Shown piece by piece: positions 29,903 through 39,779 of a stretch of 64,000 nt of DNA. Source of the DNA: Parachlamydiales bacterium (lineage in GTDB: Bacteria; Chlamydiota; Chlamydiia; Chlamydiales; JAJFMK01). The notes beneath the pieces are model-generated. The model worked only from the letters and a program-made list of their open reading frames with translations, was not told the origin of the DNA and searched no databases. Positions within the stretch are counted from its first letter, which is position 1. Each line of letters begins with the position of its first letter. The stretch spans positions 21,003 through 85,002 of the forward strand of contig CAVXVG010000036.1 in assembly GCA_963765145.1 (NCBI GenBank), given 5' to 3'. A program made the translations under genes and the position numbers.

Positions 29903-32606
29903 TGAAATATTTATTGACCTTCATCCTTACTTTCTTCCTGACGCTGGCAGCCCTCTTCACCGTTCCAAGCATCCAAGCCGGCTTGACAAAACGGTTATTG
30001 ATGGCCATTGAAGAAAATTTTGGAATCGAAGTACGTGGAGACTCGACCTGGACCTATCTCCCTTTTCAATTGCATCTGAACCATGTGAAATTTGACGCTT
30101 TGCAGGCAGAACAGGTGCATATTGGCTTTGCCTCCGTTTCGATTGAACATCTACAAGTGCCGGAACTGGGAGAGATAAATGCCAAAGGCTCATGGTGGCT
30201 AGACACCGATCTTCGCCCTTTGGGAACTTTAGAGATCAATCACCCCGATTTTGGCGACTTAGAATTTTCATTTTTCTTTCAAAGTGAAAATAACAAAAGA
30301 GAATTGGCTTTAAACATTTCTGCTCAAAGCACTTTTGGGCAGTTTAAAGCAGATGGAGTCATGTCTATCCCTAAAATAGGCTTGAAAACTGCTATTTTCG
30401 AAGGCAGATCCCTTTTTGCCTGCTTCAAAATGCATTGGGAACACGCAGAATGGGGTTCAGCATTAGGCTATGCGACCATTGGATGGGAAAATTTGGGCCT
30501 CACCCTCCCCTCTTTAGAAATCGCAGGCACATTTTTGGATACCCCTTTTACGTTAGAAGGGACAGGCGATGTACAACACCCACTTATCGACCTCGCCTTT
30601 TGCCCAACTACAGGCCCATTAAGAGATTCAACACTTGCTTTATCGCTCTATCGAGATAAAAATATGTGGGCAGGCAATGGAACGTTAGAAGGAGTGCTAG
30701 ATGCCCATCCTTTCCTAGCCCGTTGCAAGCTTTGCTTGAACGAATATACGTCGATAGAATTGAAAGAAGGAATATTTGCTTTCGAGGACCTACAAGGCGC
30801 ATTTGATTCTAAGTGGGCTTTTGAGAAAGAAAGCACCTCCTGGTCTTTTTCAAGCTCTATCCCTTCCTACACACTCCTAAAAGAAGACTTAAAAGATTTG
30901 TCCATTCATGCAGAAGGGATTTTTGGTGATCTAGCCCCTTTGCATGTCGAAGCGTATCAAAACGAACTCCCCATTAAGCTAGATGGGCAAGTGGCCTTGT
31001 CGTTAGGTGGCCTCCATCTCTTTTTGCACAAACTGCAGGGGTGCTTTCATGATCTTCCCCTTTCGCTTGAAGAGACCGCCTGTCTCTCCTTTTTCGGAGG
31101 TGGATGGAATGTAGATCGGCTCCATCTACAGGCTGGTGATTGCGTGTTAAAAGTGCATGGACATGGCACTGAAGGGGTAGCAACTTTAACAGGCTCGATT
31201 AAGGGAGTTCAAGGATTCGACCTCCCCCTTTTCCCACTATCTGGCAACTTTAGTGCCCTTATAGCCTCTAGAATAGGTTTTTTTGAGGGGGAATTTGAAG
31301 GCCGCAATGGAGAAGCTTTGCAGGGCGATCTTTCGGTCGATTTTAACCAGCAATGTGCTTTGGATGGACATATCCGCTTCAAAGGAGAGCTCTCGCCTTA
31401 TCTGTCGATCATTTTACCCGACACGACCTCTATTTCAGGCCCCGGATTTGGAGAATTTACAGTTAAAGGAACGCTCAACAACCCCTTTTTTGAAGGGAAG
31501 CTCTCTTTAAGAAAAGGCATTTACGAAGACCTAGTCACCGGTATGTTGTACCGAGAGATGGAAACCGATTTTATCCTACAAGGGACACAAGTTAAGCTGT
31601 CAAAACTTCGGGCTACAGACCTGGCCGGAGGGATGATTTTGGGGGAAGGGGAAATGACCCTGACCAAAGACATCCCTTTTGTCCTTTATCTAGAATCTCT
31701 CAATGGTCAAGTGATCCAGTTAGAGTATGCCGATGCCACTGCTACAGGCCGCATCCGATTAACCGGAAATCGAGAAGGCGGCATCTTTGAAGGGGAGCTG
31801 AAAATTGATGAGGCGATTGTCAGGATGCCCAAAAAACTCCTCTCTTGTTCCAAAAGATCGACATTGTCTACGAAAGGATCGAGCCGCAAGAAGAAAAAAC
31901 CCCTTGGAAATTGGCGTGGGATTTGAATATCGACTTTCAATCGGGTGTAAAAGTGACAAGCGGCGTCTTGAAGTCGGAATGGAAAGGAAATGTGGCCTTT
32001 CAAGGGACAACCGATGCTCCCCTTCTTTTTGGTAAGGGGGCCTTAGTTAAGGCCGATTTCAACTTCAATGGGAAAAACTTTGAATCGACAGACGGTGTCA
32101 TCCTCTTTCAGGGTGAGCCTGGCTCTAAAACCTCGTTTTACATCACTGCTAAGCAAGAGGTCGAGGATTTAAAGGTTGAAATCATCTTGAAAGGGCCTCT
32201 AAAGAGCCCAGAAATTGCTTTTCGCTCTAATCCTCCTAAACCGACAAAGGAAATACTCTCTTACTTGCTGTTAAATAAAGGCACTGGAAGCGATGAGGTA
32301 ACTTTATTAGCCGAAAGCTCGATTAAACTTGAAAATACAAACATCGAACAGACCCTTCTGGACAAGTTCAAATCAAAACTGGGGATTGATCGGATAGAAA
32401 TTTCTGGCGATGAAGAAGAAACCCTTTCGGTCGAGATTGGCAAATACATCCTTCCTAGCCTCTACTTTTGCCTAAAGAAAAGTGTAGCCGACGGCCCAAA
32501 CCAAGCGGCCATTGTTGCCAAATTCCCCCATCACTTCAAAGCGCAAGGCGAAGTGGGCGACGACGCCGAAGGCAAATTCATGCTCAAATGGGAACGGGAC
32601 TATTAG
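29902..32606 (+). CDS. tamB: TamB-like translocation/assembly protein, split by a single frameshift near 31831-31836
   Basis: Follows tamA. The second ORF has the TamB C-terminus (LGIDRIEI...VEIGKYI...LKWERDY). Adding one A to the A6 run joins the two ORFs. Confidence 0.78.
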
Positions 32607-32666
32607 CACTGTCTAGTGCACATGACAAAAATCACCAAAAAGTGTAAGGTGTAGTTTACACAAAGG

Positions 32667-33875
32667 GTGACTATGCTTGAGGAATTTGTCGAGATCCATC
32701 AGGAGGTTATGTCTTCTACCCCCCGCGGTTTTAGGCGGTATCTCTATTCGAACATCAATTGGAAGTCGCATGGGCTCTGTATTGTTGGAGATCGGGGGGT
32801 TGGGAAGACCACACTGATATGCCAAGATTTGCTAGAGCGGTATCAGACACCAGAGCAAGCCCTCTATCTTTCCGCAGACAACATCAGTGTCATTTCGTAT
32901 GGACTAGCAAATATTGCTAAAAGTTATTTTACCTACGGCGGTAAGGCCCTTTACATCGATGAAGTGCATAAATACCCTGAATGGTCTACAGAAATAAAAA
33001 ATATTTTAGACACCTACAAAACCAAACAGATTGTTTTTTCTGCTAGCTCTTCCATTGATTTAAACAGAAGCAAAGGGGACCTCTCAAGACGTGTTGTCTA
33101 CCACAAATTATTAGGCTTGTCGTTCCGCGAATACCTACAATTGTCTGCAGACATTCAAATACCAACTCTTTCTCTTGAAGAGCTTTTAAACAATCACGTC
33201 TCTATTGCATCTGGTTTTAGGCAACTGCCGATCCTAAAGCATTTTCAAGATTATCTAAAAAATGGCTACTACCCTTTCTTCATTGAAGGGTTAGAAGACT
33301 ATTTATTGAAAGTGCATAACGTCATTGAAAAAGTGCTCTTTGAAGACCTTGCTGTTGTGTATAACCTCAAACAAACAACATTACCTTTTTTAAAGAAGAT
33401 ACTATGGCTTGTAGCCACCTCAGATGGATTCATTCCAAATATTGATAAATTGAGCAAGAATCTTGGCATTTCTCGAGAAATGGTTTACAACTGCTTAGAG
33501 TATCTCAGCAGTTCAGGACTATTAAACGATGTTTTCCCGATCGGAAAAGGGAATGCGCTGATCCGCAAACCAGGCAAAATCTATTTAAATAATTCCAATC
33601 TCATCCATGCAATCAACAGCTCTTTGAAAATGGCTAGCCAAATGGGAAATTTGCGAGAAACATATTTTGTGAACCAAGTTAGTACTCTTCATAAAGTTTT
33701 ACTGCATGACAAAGGAGATTTTCTCGTTGATGATCTGTTCACTATTGAGGTTGGCGGAAAAGGAAAAAACGACAAGCAAATCCGTGGAGTCGATGATGCT
33801 TATTTAGCTGTCGACGACATCTCAATTGGTTTTGGAAAGAAAATTCCCCTCTACCTCTTTGGTTTGCTTTATTAA
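32667..33875 (+). CDS. AAA+ ATPase (AAA_14/DUF4143 type)
   Basis: GDRGVGKTT, YIDEVH, GYYP, KIYL and a C-terminal DF...IEVG motif. Confidence 0.85.
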   Translation: MTMLEEFVEIHQEVMSSTPRGFRRYLYSNINWKSHGLCIVGDRGVGKTTLICQDLLERYQTPEQALYLSADNISVISYGLANIAKSYFTYGGKALYIDEVHKYPEWSTEIKNILDTYKTKQIVFSASSSIDLNRSKGDLSRRVVYHKLLGLSFREYLQLSADIQIPTLSLEELLNNHVSIASGFRQLPILKHFQDYLKNGYYPFFIEGLEDYLLKVHNVIEKVLFEDLAVVYNLKQTTLPFLKKILWLVATSDGFIPNIDKLSKNLGISREMVYNCLEYLSSSGLLNDVFPIGKGNALIRKPGKIYLNNSNLIHAINSSLKMASQMGNLRETYFVNQVSTLHKVLLHDKGDFLVDDLFTIEVGGKGKNDKQIRGVDDAYLAVDDISIGFGKKIPLYLFGLLY

Positions 33876-33889
33876 CAATATTTTCCCCT

Positions 33890-33983
33890 CGCGCTAGCGT
33901 TTGGAGTGCGCAAGTCCTCTTGCGCTTTCACTTTCATGATAAGTGAAAGCTAAACAGGAGTTTAGCACTCCAAACGCTTCGCG
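33890..33983. repeat. Palindromic element, family C, copy 2 (overlaps the truA 3' end)
   Basis: The truA stop codon (33962-33964) lies inside the right arm. Confidence 0.88.
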
Positions 33984-34720
33984 TAGAGGACTTTATGAAG
34001 GGTGAGGCCGTGGGCGGGGGCGGTCATGGCCGACTGAGTACGATCTTTCTGCTCGAAAAGGGCAGGCACTGCCTGGAGGGGAAATTTTCCTTCCCCTACT
34101 TGCACCAACAAACCGACGATATTGCGAGCCATTTTGTAGAGAAAATGGTCGCCAATCAGAGAGACTGTCAGCAACGGCCCCTCTTCAATGAACTGCAAGG
34201 TTTGCAAGGTTCTGACTGTAGTGGGGTAATTTAAATCCTTCCGAAAGTTGCAAAAGGCTTTGAAATCGTGTGTGCCAAGCAGAAGCGGGATAGTCTTTTG
34301 TACCTCTTCATTGAGGTGAAATTTAGGCACATGCCAAGCCATGTGGGCATATAAAGGATGAGGAGCCACTCCCAACATCAAGTGGTACTGATATTCTTTG
34401 CCCAATGCATCCAATGTTGGATGAAAATTATCCGGGCAAATTGAAACCTGCAATACACGGATATCGGTGGGCAAAAGAGCATTGAGCCCTAGAAGAAGCC
34501 TTTTAGTCTCGACATCTTGATCTAATTTAAATTGGACGATTTGCCCTAATGCGTGCACTCCCCTATCAGTGCGACTAGCAGCCTGTAAAAGAGGCTTAAC
34601 ATGGAAAATTTGAAAAAGAGCCTTTTCTAACTCCTCTTCAATCGATGGTCCTTCAAATGTTTTTTGCCATCCAAAGTAGTTGGTCCCTTGATAGGCTACC
34701 TGAAGAGCTATCGAAACCAT
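33962..34720 (-). CDS. truA: tRNA pseudouridine(38-40) synthase
   Basis: ASRTDRGVHALGQ, GTHDF, FLYKMARNIVG and TAPAHGL. Confidence 0.95.
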   Translation of the reverse strand: MVSIALQVAYQGTNYFGWQKTFEGPSIEEELEKALFQIFHVKPLLQAASRTDRGVHALGQIVQFKLDQDVETKRLLLGLNALLPTDIRVLQVSICPDNFHPTLDALGKEYQYHLMLGVAPHPLYAHMAWHVPKFHLNEEVQKTIPLLLGTHDFKAFCNFRKDLNYPTTVRTLQTLQFIEEGPLLTVSLIGDHFLYKMARNIVGLLVQVGEGKFPLQAVPALFEQKDRTQSAMTAPAHGLTLHKVLYAKRLEC

Positions 34721-35325
34721 TACTTTGTTAAATAGGTCGTCTGAAACAGCTCAACCCCCAACAATATCTGTTGAATAGCCAACATCACTAAGATCAAAGC
34801 TAATAGCCGTTCAAAAGCCAACAATCCATTTTGCCCTAAGAAGCGTACGACGGCTCGATTGACCAATAATACTAAAGAAGAGAGTGTCCAGGCAGCAAGA
34901 ATCGCGTAAAGGCGGCAGCTATAATCTTCAGAGATATGGGAATAAAGCATGATGATGGCCAAGACAGCAGGAGATGCCATCAAAGGAACCGCAAGAGGTA
35001 CAATGAAGGGGTTTTCTTCAGGCTTTACCCGTTGCCGAATGTTTCTTGGAGAGGCAAACAACACCCACAAAGCTGATAACAACAAAATCAACCCTGTCGT
35101 CAACCGAACTGTGATTTCTGACACTTCAAGCTGGTTTAAAATGGCACTGCCTAACTGGTTGATCACCAGCATGAAAGCCAATGCGATCAGAAGTTCTCGG
35201 ATCAACACTTTCCAATAATTTTTCGGCGGCACCCCTTTTAAGACTTCATGGAAGGAGGCCGTATTTCCCACCGAATCGATCATCAGAAAAAGGGTTAGGA
35301 ACATCGTTCCAAAACAAATGTCCAT
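34720..35325 (-). CDS. MarC-family membrane protein
   Basis: DSVGN, PFIVPLAVPLMASP and ERLLALIL; multiple TM helices. Confidence 0.88.
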   Translation of the reverse strand: MDICFGTMFLTLFLMIDSVGNTASFHEVLKGVPPKNYWKVLIRELLIALAFMLVINQLGSAILNQLEVSEITVRLTTGLILLLSALWVLFASPRNIRQRVKPEENPFIVPLAVPLMASPAVLAIIMLYSHISEDYSCRLYAILAAWTLSSLVLLVNRAVVRFLGQNGLLAFERLLALILVMLAIQQILLGVELFQTTYLTK

Positions 35326-35487
35326 TAGACCTCTTGCATAACTTGCTTTGCTTGAAAAAATTGATGATTTTTGTGCGAATTCATCTTTAAATTTATCGGT
35401 AATATTTACATATTGCCGATAAATTTAAAAATGAATTCGCCAAAAAGCGCAGTTTTAGCAAGCAAATGAAGTTGTGCAAGGGGTCTA
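35326..35487 (+). mobile_element. RPE-like palindromic element (family B), copy 1
   Basis: TAGACCTCTTGCATAACTT ... AAGTTGTGCAAGGGGTCTA ends with an internal hairpin. Alignable with the copies at 43076 and 60114. Confidence 0.85.
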
Positions 35488-35490
35488 TGC

Positions 35491-36081
35491 TTAACTTCCC
35501 GTAAAAAAGATTCTGAGCCCCTGAACAAGCAGGCGCATTGACAATAGGGCAAGGATCATCCCCATGAATTGCTCTAAAGCAAGCAACCCTCGATCACCTA
35601 AAAGTTTTTTTAAGTAAGGCGAAAAGAACATGATGGGGATCACGCCACACCAAGCCAGCACAAGGGCTGAACTCACTAAAAAGGGGTCATTGGTTTCTTT
35701 CGAAAAAATCATGATCGACGACATGACCCCGCCACCAGTGATGATTGGCGTGGCAATGGGCACTAAAAAGGGCTCTCTTTTTAAGGCTAGCGTCTCTTTT
35801 GGCTCTTCTTTAGGGAAAATCATCCCCAGTGCGACTAAAATGAGAAGGAGCCCGCCCGTAATGCTGACCGTATCGCTTTCAATTTGAAGGTACTTTAACA
35901 GCTCTGAACCGACAAACTGAAAACCGATGGCGATGAGAAAGGAAAATATGGCCTCCCTCAGGACGATTTTTCTTTGCCGCTGGAAAGGAAAATCCTTCAC
36001 CAAAGCAACTACAGTAGGGATGTTGCCAATTGGGTTGGCAATGAGGAAAAAGCTAAGCGCTATCGTAAACAGGTCATTCAT
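35491..36081 (-). CDS. MarC-family membrane protein
   Basis: ANPIGNIP, PFLVPIATPI and GLLALEQFMGMIL. Confidence 0.9.
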   Translation of the reverse strand: MNDLFTIALSFFLIANPIGNIPTVVALVKDFPFQRQRKIVLREAIFSFLIAIGFQFVGSELLKYLQIESDTVSITGGLLLILVALGMIFPKEEPKETLALKREPFLVPIATPIITGGGVMSSIMIFSKETNDPFLVSSALVLAWCGVIPIMFFSPYLKKLLGDRGLLALEQFMGMILALLSMRLLVQGLRIFFTGS

Positions 36082-36188
36082 GAAGCAGCATAGTCTAACA
36101 CGAAGGGCAATTCGTTGAAAATTCCCTAAACATCCTCTTAATTTGAACTTAATCGTTTGGCTCGAGACTGATACTAGTGGGAGAGCTT

Positions 36189-37580
36189 ATGGCCGTTAGG
36201 GGTCCCGGTTTCGGGGAAAGTCAGAACTATAGCTTGGCTGCAACCCCCAGAGCACTGGAGAGTTGGTCAAATGCCGGCTTCAAGGTCTCGTCCGTTCCTA
36301 AAAATGACTCCGTTCTACAAAAAGTGAGTCTCTTTTTTAAAGGATTAGGTGCTGTTCGAGTCGAAGCAGATGGGGAATGTTACTTCTTAAAGCCCAATAG
36401 CGATCTAGGACGTGAACTTCTAAAGGCCTACCGGAAGGGCGGCAGAGCGGAAATGGAAAAAGCAGCAGAGGTGTTAACCAATCGAGGAGCTGCTATTGAA
36501 CTCCTTAAGAATGGAGCTGGAAAAGATTCTGCCCTTAGAAGAGCAGCAGCAGAGATGCTGATAAGCAAAGAGGAGCAGTATCAAGGAAGAGGAATTCTCA
36601 TCATTCGAGGACGACATAAAACGGGCGAGACAAAACTGCAAGTTTTTCACCTCAACTCTAAGGTGCAAATTGGTGCGGGCGCCAACAATAAAATCTTTAA
36701 GGTTCGAGAAGAGGTGTTTGGTAAACACTACAAAGACAAATCTGCTGTTGTCAGAGAGGGGAACAACTTTTTTAGTAGCGACGTGCCCACTTTTGAATTG
36801 GCCAAAGAGCTAAATGATGGGAAGATGCCCGAGGGTTTTCAGAAATTTCCTAAAGTGCCCGGCGGAAGGCTGCAGGTGATTAAGCTTTATTCCGAAGGCA
36901 GCATGACAGATTGGATAACGAAAGGAGGAGTACCGATAAAAGCAGCCTTTGAAGCCATGGGGGGCGCGATGAATGGCCTTGTCAGTTGTAAAAAACTCGG
37001 CATTGCCCATGTGGACCTAAAGCTGCAAAACTTTTTCGTTTCGAAGAAAAAAAATGAGAAGCCGAGAGCCGTCTTTGCAGATTTTGATTGCGCGCATGTT
37101 TTTCCGGATTCTAACAAAGTAGACGCCAAGATGGCAGAGAAAATGCTCAAGGTGATAGGGCATGGACATATTATGTACTCTTCTGGCGATCCAGCGGAGA
37201 TTAAGGTTTATAGCAAATTGCTAGGTGAAGTTATGGACGAACTTCAATTGATTGCCGCAGGAAAACCACGTCCAAAAGGTTTCGAAAGTAATTATCAACA
37301 ATTGAAGGGGTGTGTCGAAAAAATCCAGGTGATGCAGATGGGCCTTGCAATGGGGCAGGTGTTACTTGGAAACGAATTTACAGAGTACGCGAAAGCAATA
37401 CAGGATGGCCAAGAGGTCAATTTGTCAGCGTTAATAGACAAAAAATTTGGCCCTAATCACCCAGCAAAGCAAGAGATGATCGCCCTTTTAGAGGGGATGT
37501 TAGAGAGCGATCCGACCAAGCGATTCACAGCAGAACAGGCCATGGATGCCTACAATGCCGCCTTAGCTAAGTGGGGATAG
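36189..37580 (+). CDS. Hanks-type Ser/Thr protein kinase-like protein with N-terminal extension
   Basis: IGAGANNKIF, HVDLKLQNFF, ADFD and DPTKRFTAEQA. Confidence 0.8.
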   Translation: MAVRGPGFGESQNYSLAATPRALESWSNAGFKVSSVPKNDSVLQKVSLFFKGLGAVRVEADGECYFLKPNSDLGRELLKAYRKGGRAEMEKAAEVLTNRGAAIELLKNGAGKDSALRRAAAEMLISKEEQYQGRGILIIRGRHKTGETKLQVFHLNSKVQIGAGANNKIFKVREEVFGKHYKDKSAVVREGNNFFSSDVPTFELAKELNDGKMPEGFQKFPKVPGGRLQVIKLYSEGSMTDWITKGGVPIKAAFEAMGGAMNGLVSCKKLGIAHVDLKLQNFFVSKKKNEKPRAVFADFDCAHVFPDSNKVDAKMAEKMLKVIGHGHIMYSSGDPAEIKVYSKLLGEVMDELQLIAAGKPRPKGFESNYQQLKGCVEKIQVMQMGLAMGQVLLGNEFTEYAKAIQDGQEVNLSALIDKKFGPNHPAKQEMIALLEGMLESDPTKRFTAEQAMDAYNAALAKWG

Positions 37581-37598
37581 CTTCCGCGAATTAGTTGG

Positions 37599-38312
37599 TC
37601 ACTCCGCCCAGCGGCCTTCTGAAAAGAGAGTTCTCATTTTTTCGCGAACTTGTGCTGGCACAAAATGGACCGGTCGATGATCGATCTCTTGGTAGTGATA
37701 ACAGGTCACCGGAATGCCGGCTTGTGTAAGTTCCGATTCAACCGAATCGATAAACTTGCGTGAGTCATCAAAAAAAATCACCTTTTTTGGCTTTACTCCC
37801 AGGTGGTTGAAAAAAGAGAGTAAAACTTCCCCTTTCGGAGTGTTATCAGAGAATAATATCCCCTTTTTGTAACAGTAAAAGTCAGTTGCCGGAGCATTTG
37901 AAAAATCTAGGCCAAACCCCAATAAATGGTTCACTCGCCAATCAGACATTTCATATTCCATAGCAGTCAAAGCAATCACCGTAGCCCCTTTTTCCTGCAG
38001 AGAGGCAACCAACTGTGGCGATGCCTCTTCAATCAACATCCATTTGGCCTCTTCCATGATGATTTTTCGGTAATGAGAAATATGCTTCTCTTCAAAGTCC
38101 GGAATCGTTTTTTTAGCTATTGCTATAAGGCTTTGATAGGCCGCTCCCCACAAAATGTGCTCTTTAGGAACAATCAATGTCATGTCGACATCAAAGACAA
38201 CCCATGTATCACTATCAATATCGTGGGAGTTCACTGCATGTAATGTTCGAGTTGGAATAACCTCGCCACTCAAACAAAAAGCAGCACATAGAAATAGGCA
38301 AAAAAGTCTCAT
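37599..38312 (-). CDS. DUF2608-like secreted HAD-fold protein
   Basis: Signal peptide, VFDVDMTL, ALTA, KG and IFFDD. Confidence 0.75.
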   Translation of the reverse strand: MRLFCLFLCAAFCLSGEVIPTRTLHAVNSHDIDSDTWVVFDVDMTLIVPKEHILWGAAYQSLIAIAKKTIPDFEEKHISHYRKIIMEEAKWMLIEEASPQLVASLQEKGATVIALTAMEYEMSDWRVNHLLGFGLDFSNAPATDFYCYKKGILFSDNTPKGEVLLSFFNHLGVKPKKVIFFDDSRKFIDSVESELTQAGIPVTCYHYQEIDHRPVHFVPAQVREKMRTLFSEGRWAE

Positions 38313-39601
38313 GTTAACACCTTATTTGTTGATGCACAGGCACTCAAGTTTTGTTTCCAAAGAGGCTGCATTTCTTGAAGCTCTTCGATTTCATCTTCTT
38401 CATCCTCATCATCAAAAATAGGGTGAAACGTGAGCTCAAATAGATCGTCTAAGCCTTCCATATCTAGTGTAAACTTAGGGTTAGGGACATATCTCTTGGC
38501 ATTTCCCGTCAAACCTAAGGCATAAAGAAGGATAAGATTCTTCGTATCGCTTTCTTTCATTTGGTTTAACACCTTAATAGCAGAAGCTTCAGGTAGCCCC
38601 GTACCCAAATAATAAAAGACCAGCATTGCAAGATACTTTTCCTTCTCAAAATAGCCATCTGGAATCATCGCAAGGAGCTTCTTTGCTTTTTCTAGGTCAT
38701 GCACTTGTATGCAAAGGAGCGCCAACATCTTGAAAAGCTCGTAGCGGATTGATTCATCTGTTTTTAAAATCCAAGGAAGGGCCTTATCCACTTCGCGACG
38801 CTTCAAACATTCTAAAGCAATTTCCTGTGGATCAGTTCCTTCTTCGATTTTCTTCTCTAATGCTTTCAGGCTTTGATCATTTTCAAAGAAAATATCGGCA
38901 ACGACCTGCCTAACTTTCTCACTAAAAGCCTGCAAATCTGTTTCTTCCATTAAAAGAACGCGGTGCATTTTAACTTTTTCAGAAGGCAGTAAAGCAGCAG
39001 AAACGATTCTAAGTTGGGGGTTATTGTGGTCAACTCCGGGCAAACCATAAGGAAGGGCATCATAGACAAAATCAGCAACAGCTTTCTTGTCTTTTGCCGT
39101 TATGACTGTCAACATGCCTTTAAAACAATTTGTTGGTGCATCTTTAATGAGTTGATCGATTCTTTTTTCAAAAGCAGGAAAATAGACTTTTTCCTTCATA
39201 AAAATGTTGCGGATACAGTCATCAACATCAAGATCGCCCCGTTCCGGATCGACAAAAATGCCCCAAGCTGATTCATTGGACTCTTTTTGTTCTAAACTTG
39301 GACTTGCTGAGATAAGAAACTCAGAAATGGCGCCGTACTTGGTATCAAAATCTTCTATTTTCTTGAACCGGTTGAAAAGCTCTTTCGTGCTTTTGGGGGC
39401 TTTATCTGCCCAAGGATAGCGGAGAACTACTTTATCGGTTAAGTCAAGATCAGGCCTTGTACGCAATAAAACTTGTTTGGCCACTTCATGGTAAACAAGA
39501 AATTCGACTGGCTGAGCCGTGACACAGCTAAAGCCGTTCCCTTCAGAAAGTTCTCTGAAACGATCGATCGCTTCTTCCGGAGAAGAAATAAAAATATCCA
39601 T
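38309..39601 (-). CDS. Hypothetical protein with a helical/TPR-like C-terminal half
   Basis: 430-aa ORF, coupled to the next gene by an ATGA overlap. Confidence 0.65.
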   Translation of the reverse strand: MDIFISSPEEAIDRFRELSEGNGFSCVTAQPVEFLVYHEVAKQVLLRTRPDLDLTDKVVLRYPWADKAPKSTKELFNRFKKIEDFDTKYGAISEFLISASPSLEQKESNESAWGIFVDPERGDLDVDDCIRNIFMKEKVYFPAFEKRIDQLIKDAPTNCFKGMLTVITAKDKKAVADFVYDALPYGLPGVDHNNPQLRIVSAALLPSEKVKMHRVLLMEETDLQAFSEKVRQVVADIFFENDQSLKALEKKIEEGTDPQEIALECLKRREVDKALPWILKTDESIRYELFKMLALLCIQVHDLEKAKKLLAMIPDGYFEKEKYLAMLVFYYLGTGLPEASAIKVLNQMKESDTKNLILLYALGLTGNAKRYVPNPKFTLDMEGLDDLFELTFHPIFDDEDEEDEIEELQEMQPLWKQNLSACASTNKVLT

Positions 39602-39648
39602 AGCAACAACCTGCCCTCATTTAAAGTTTTAAATTTTACCTGAAATGT

Positions 39649-39755
39649 TATTAGTTCGCGAAGCGTTTGGAGTGCGAAACTCCTGTTTCGCTTTCACTCT
39701 TTGAAAGTCAAAGCGAAACAGGAGTTTCGCACTCCAAACGCTTCGCGAACTAATA
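39649..39755. repeat. Palindromic element, family C, copy 3
   Basis: Perfect ~45-bp arms TATTAGTTCGCGAAGCGTTTGGAGTGCG..., in the divergent region before hemL. Confidence 0.92.
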
Positions 39756-39779
39756 GAGTTTGAGTTATAAAGTTTAGGC

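Noticed and set aside
36135..36175. Sigma-54 promoter upstream of both kinase paralogs (TGGC motif)
   Set aside because: The GG-to-GC spacing and -12 element do not match the consensus in either copy.
38309..39601. Possible ADP-ribosyltransferase-like N-terminus (SxS...E)
   Set aside because: The motif is too weak to support by eye and needs a structure search.
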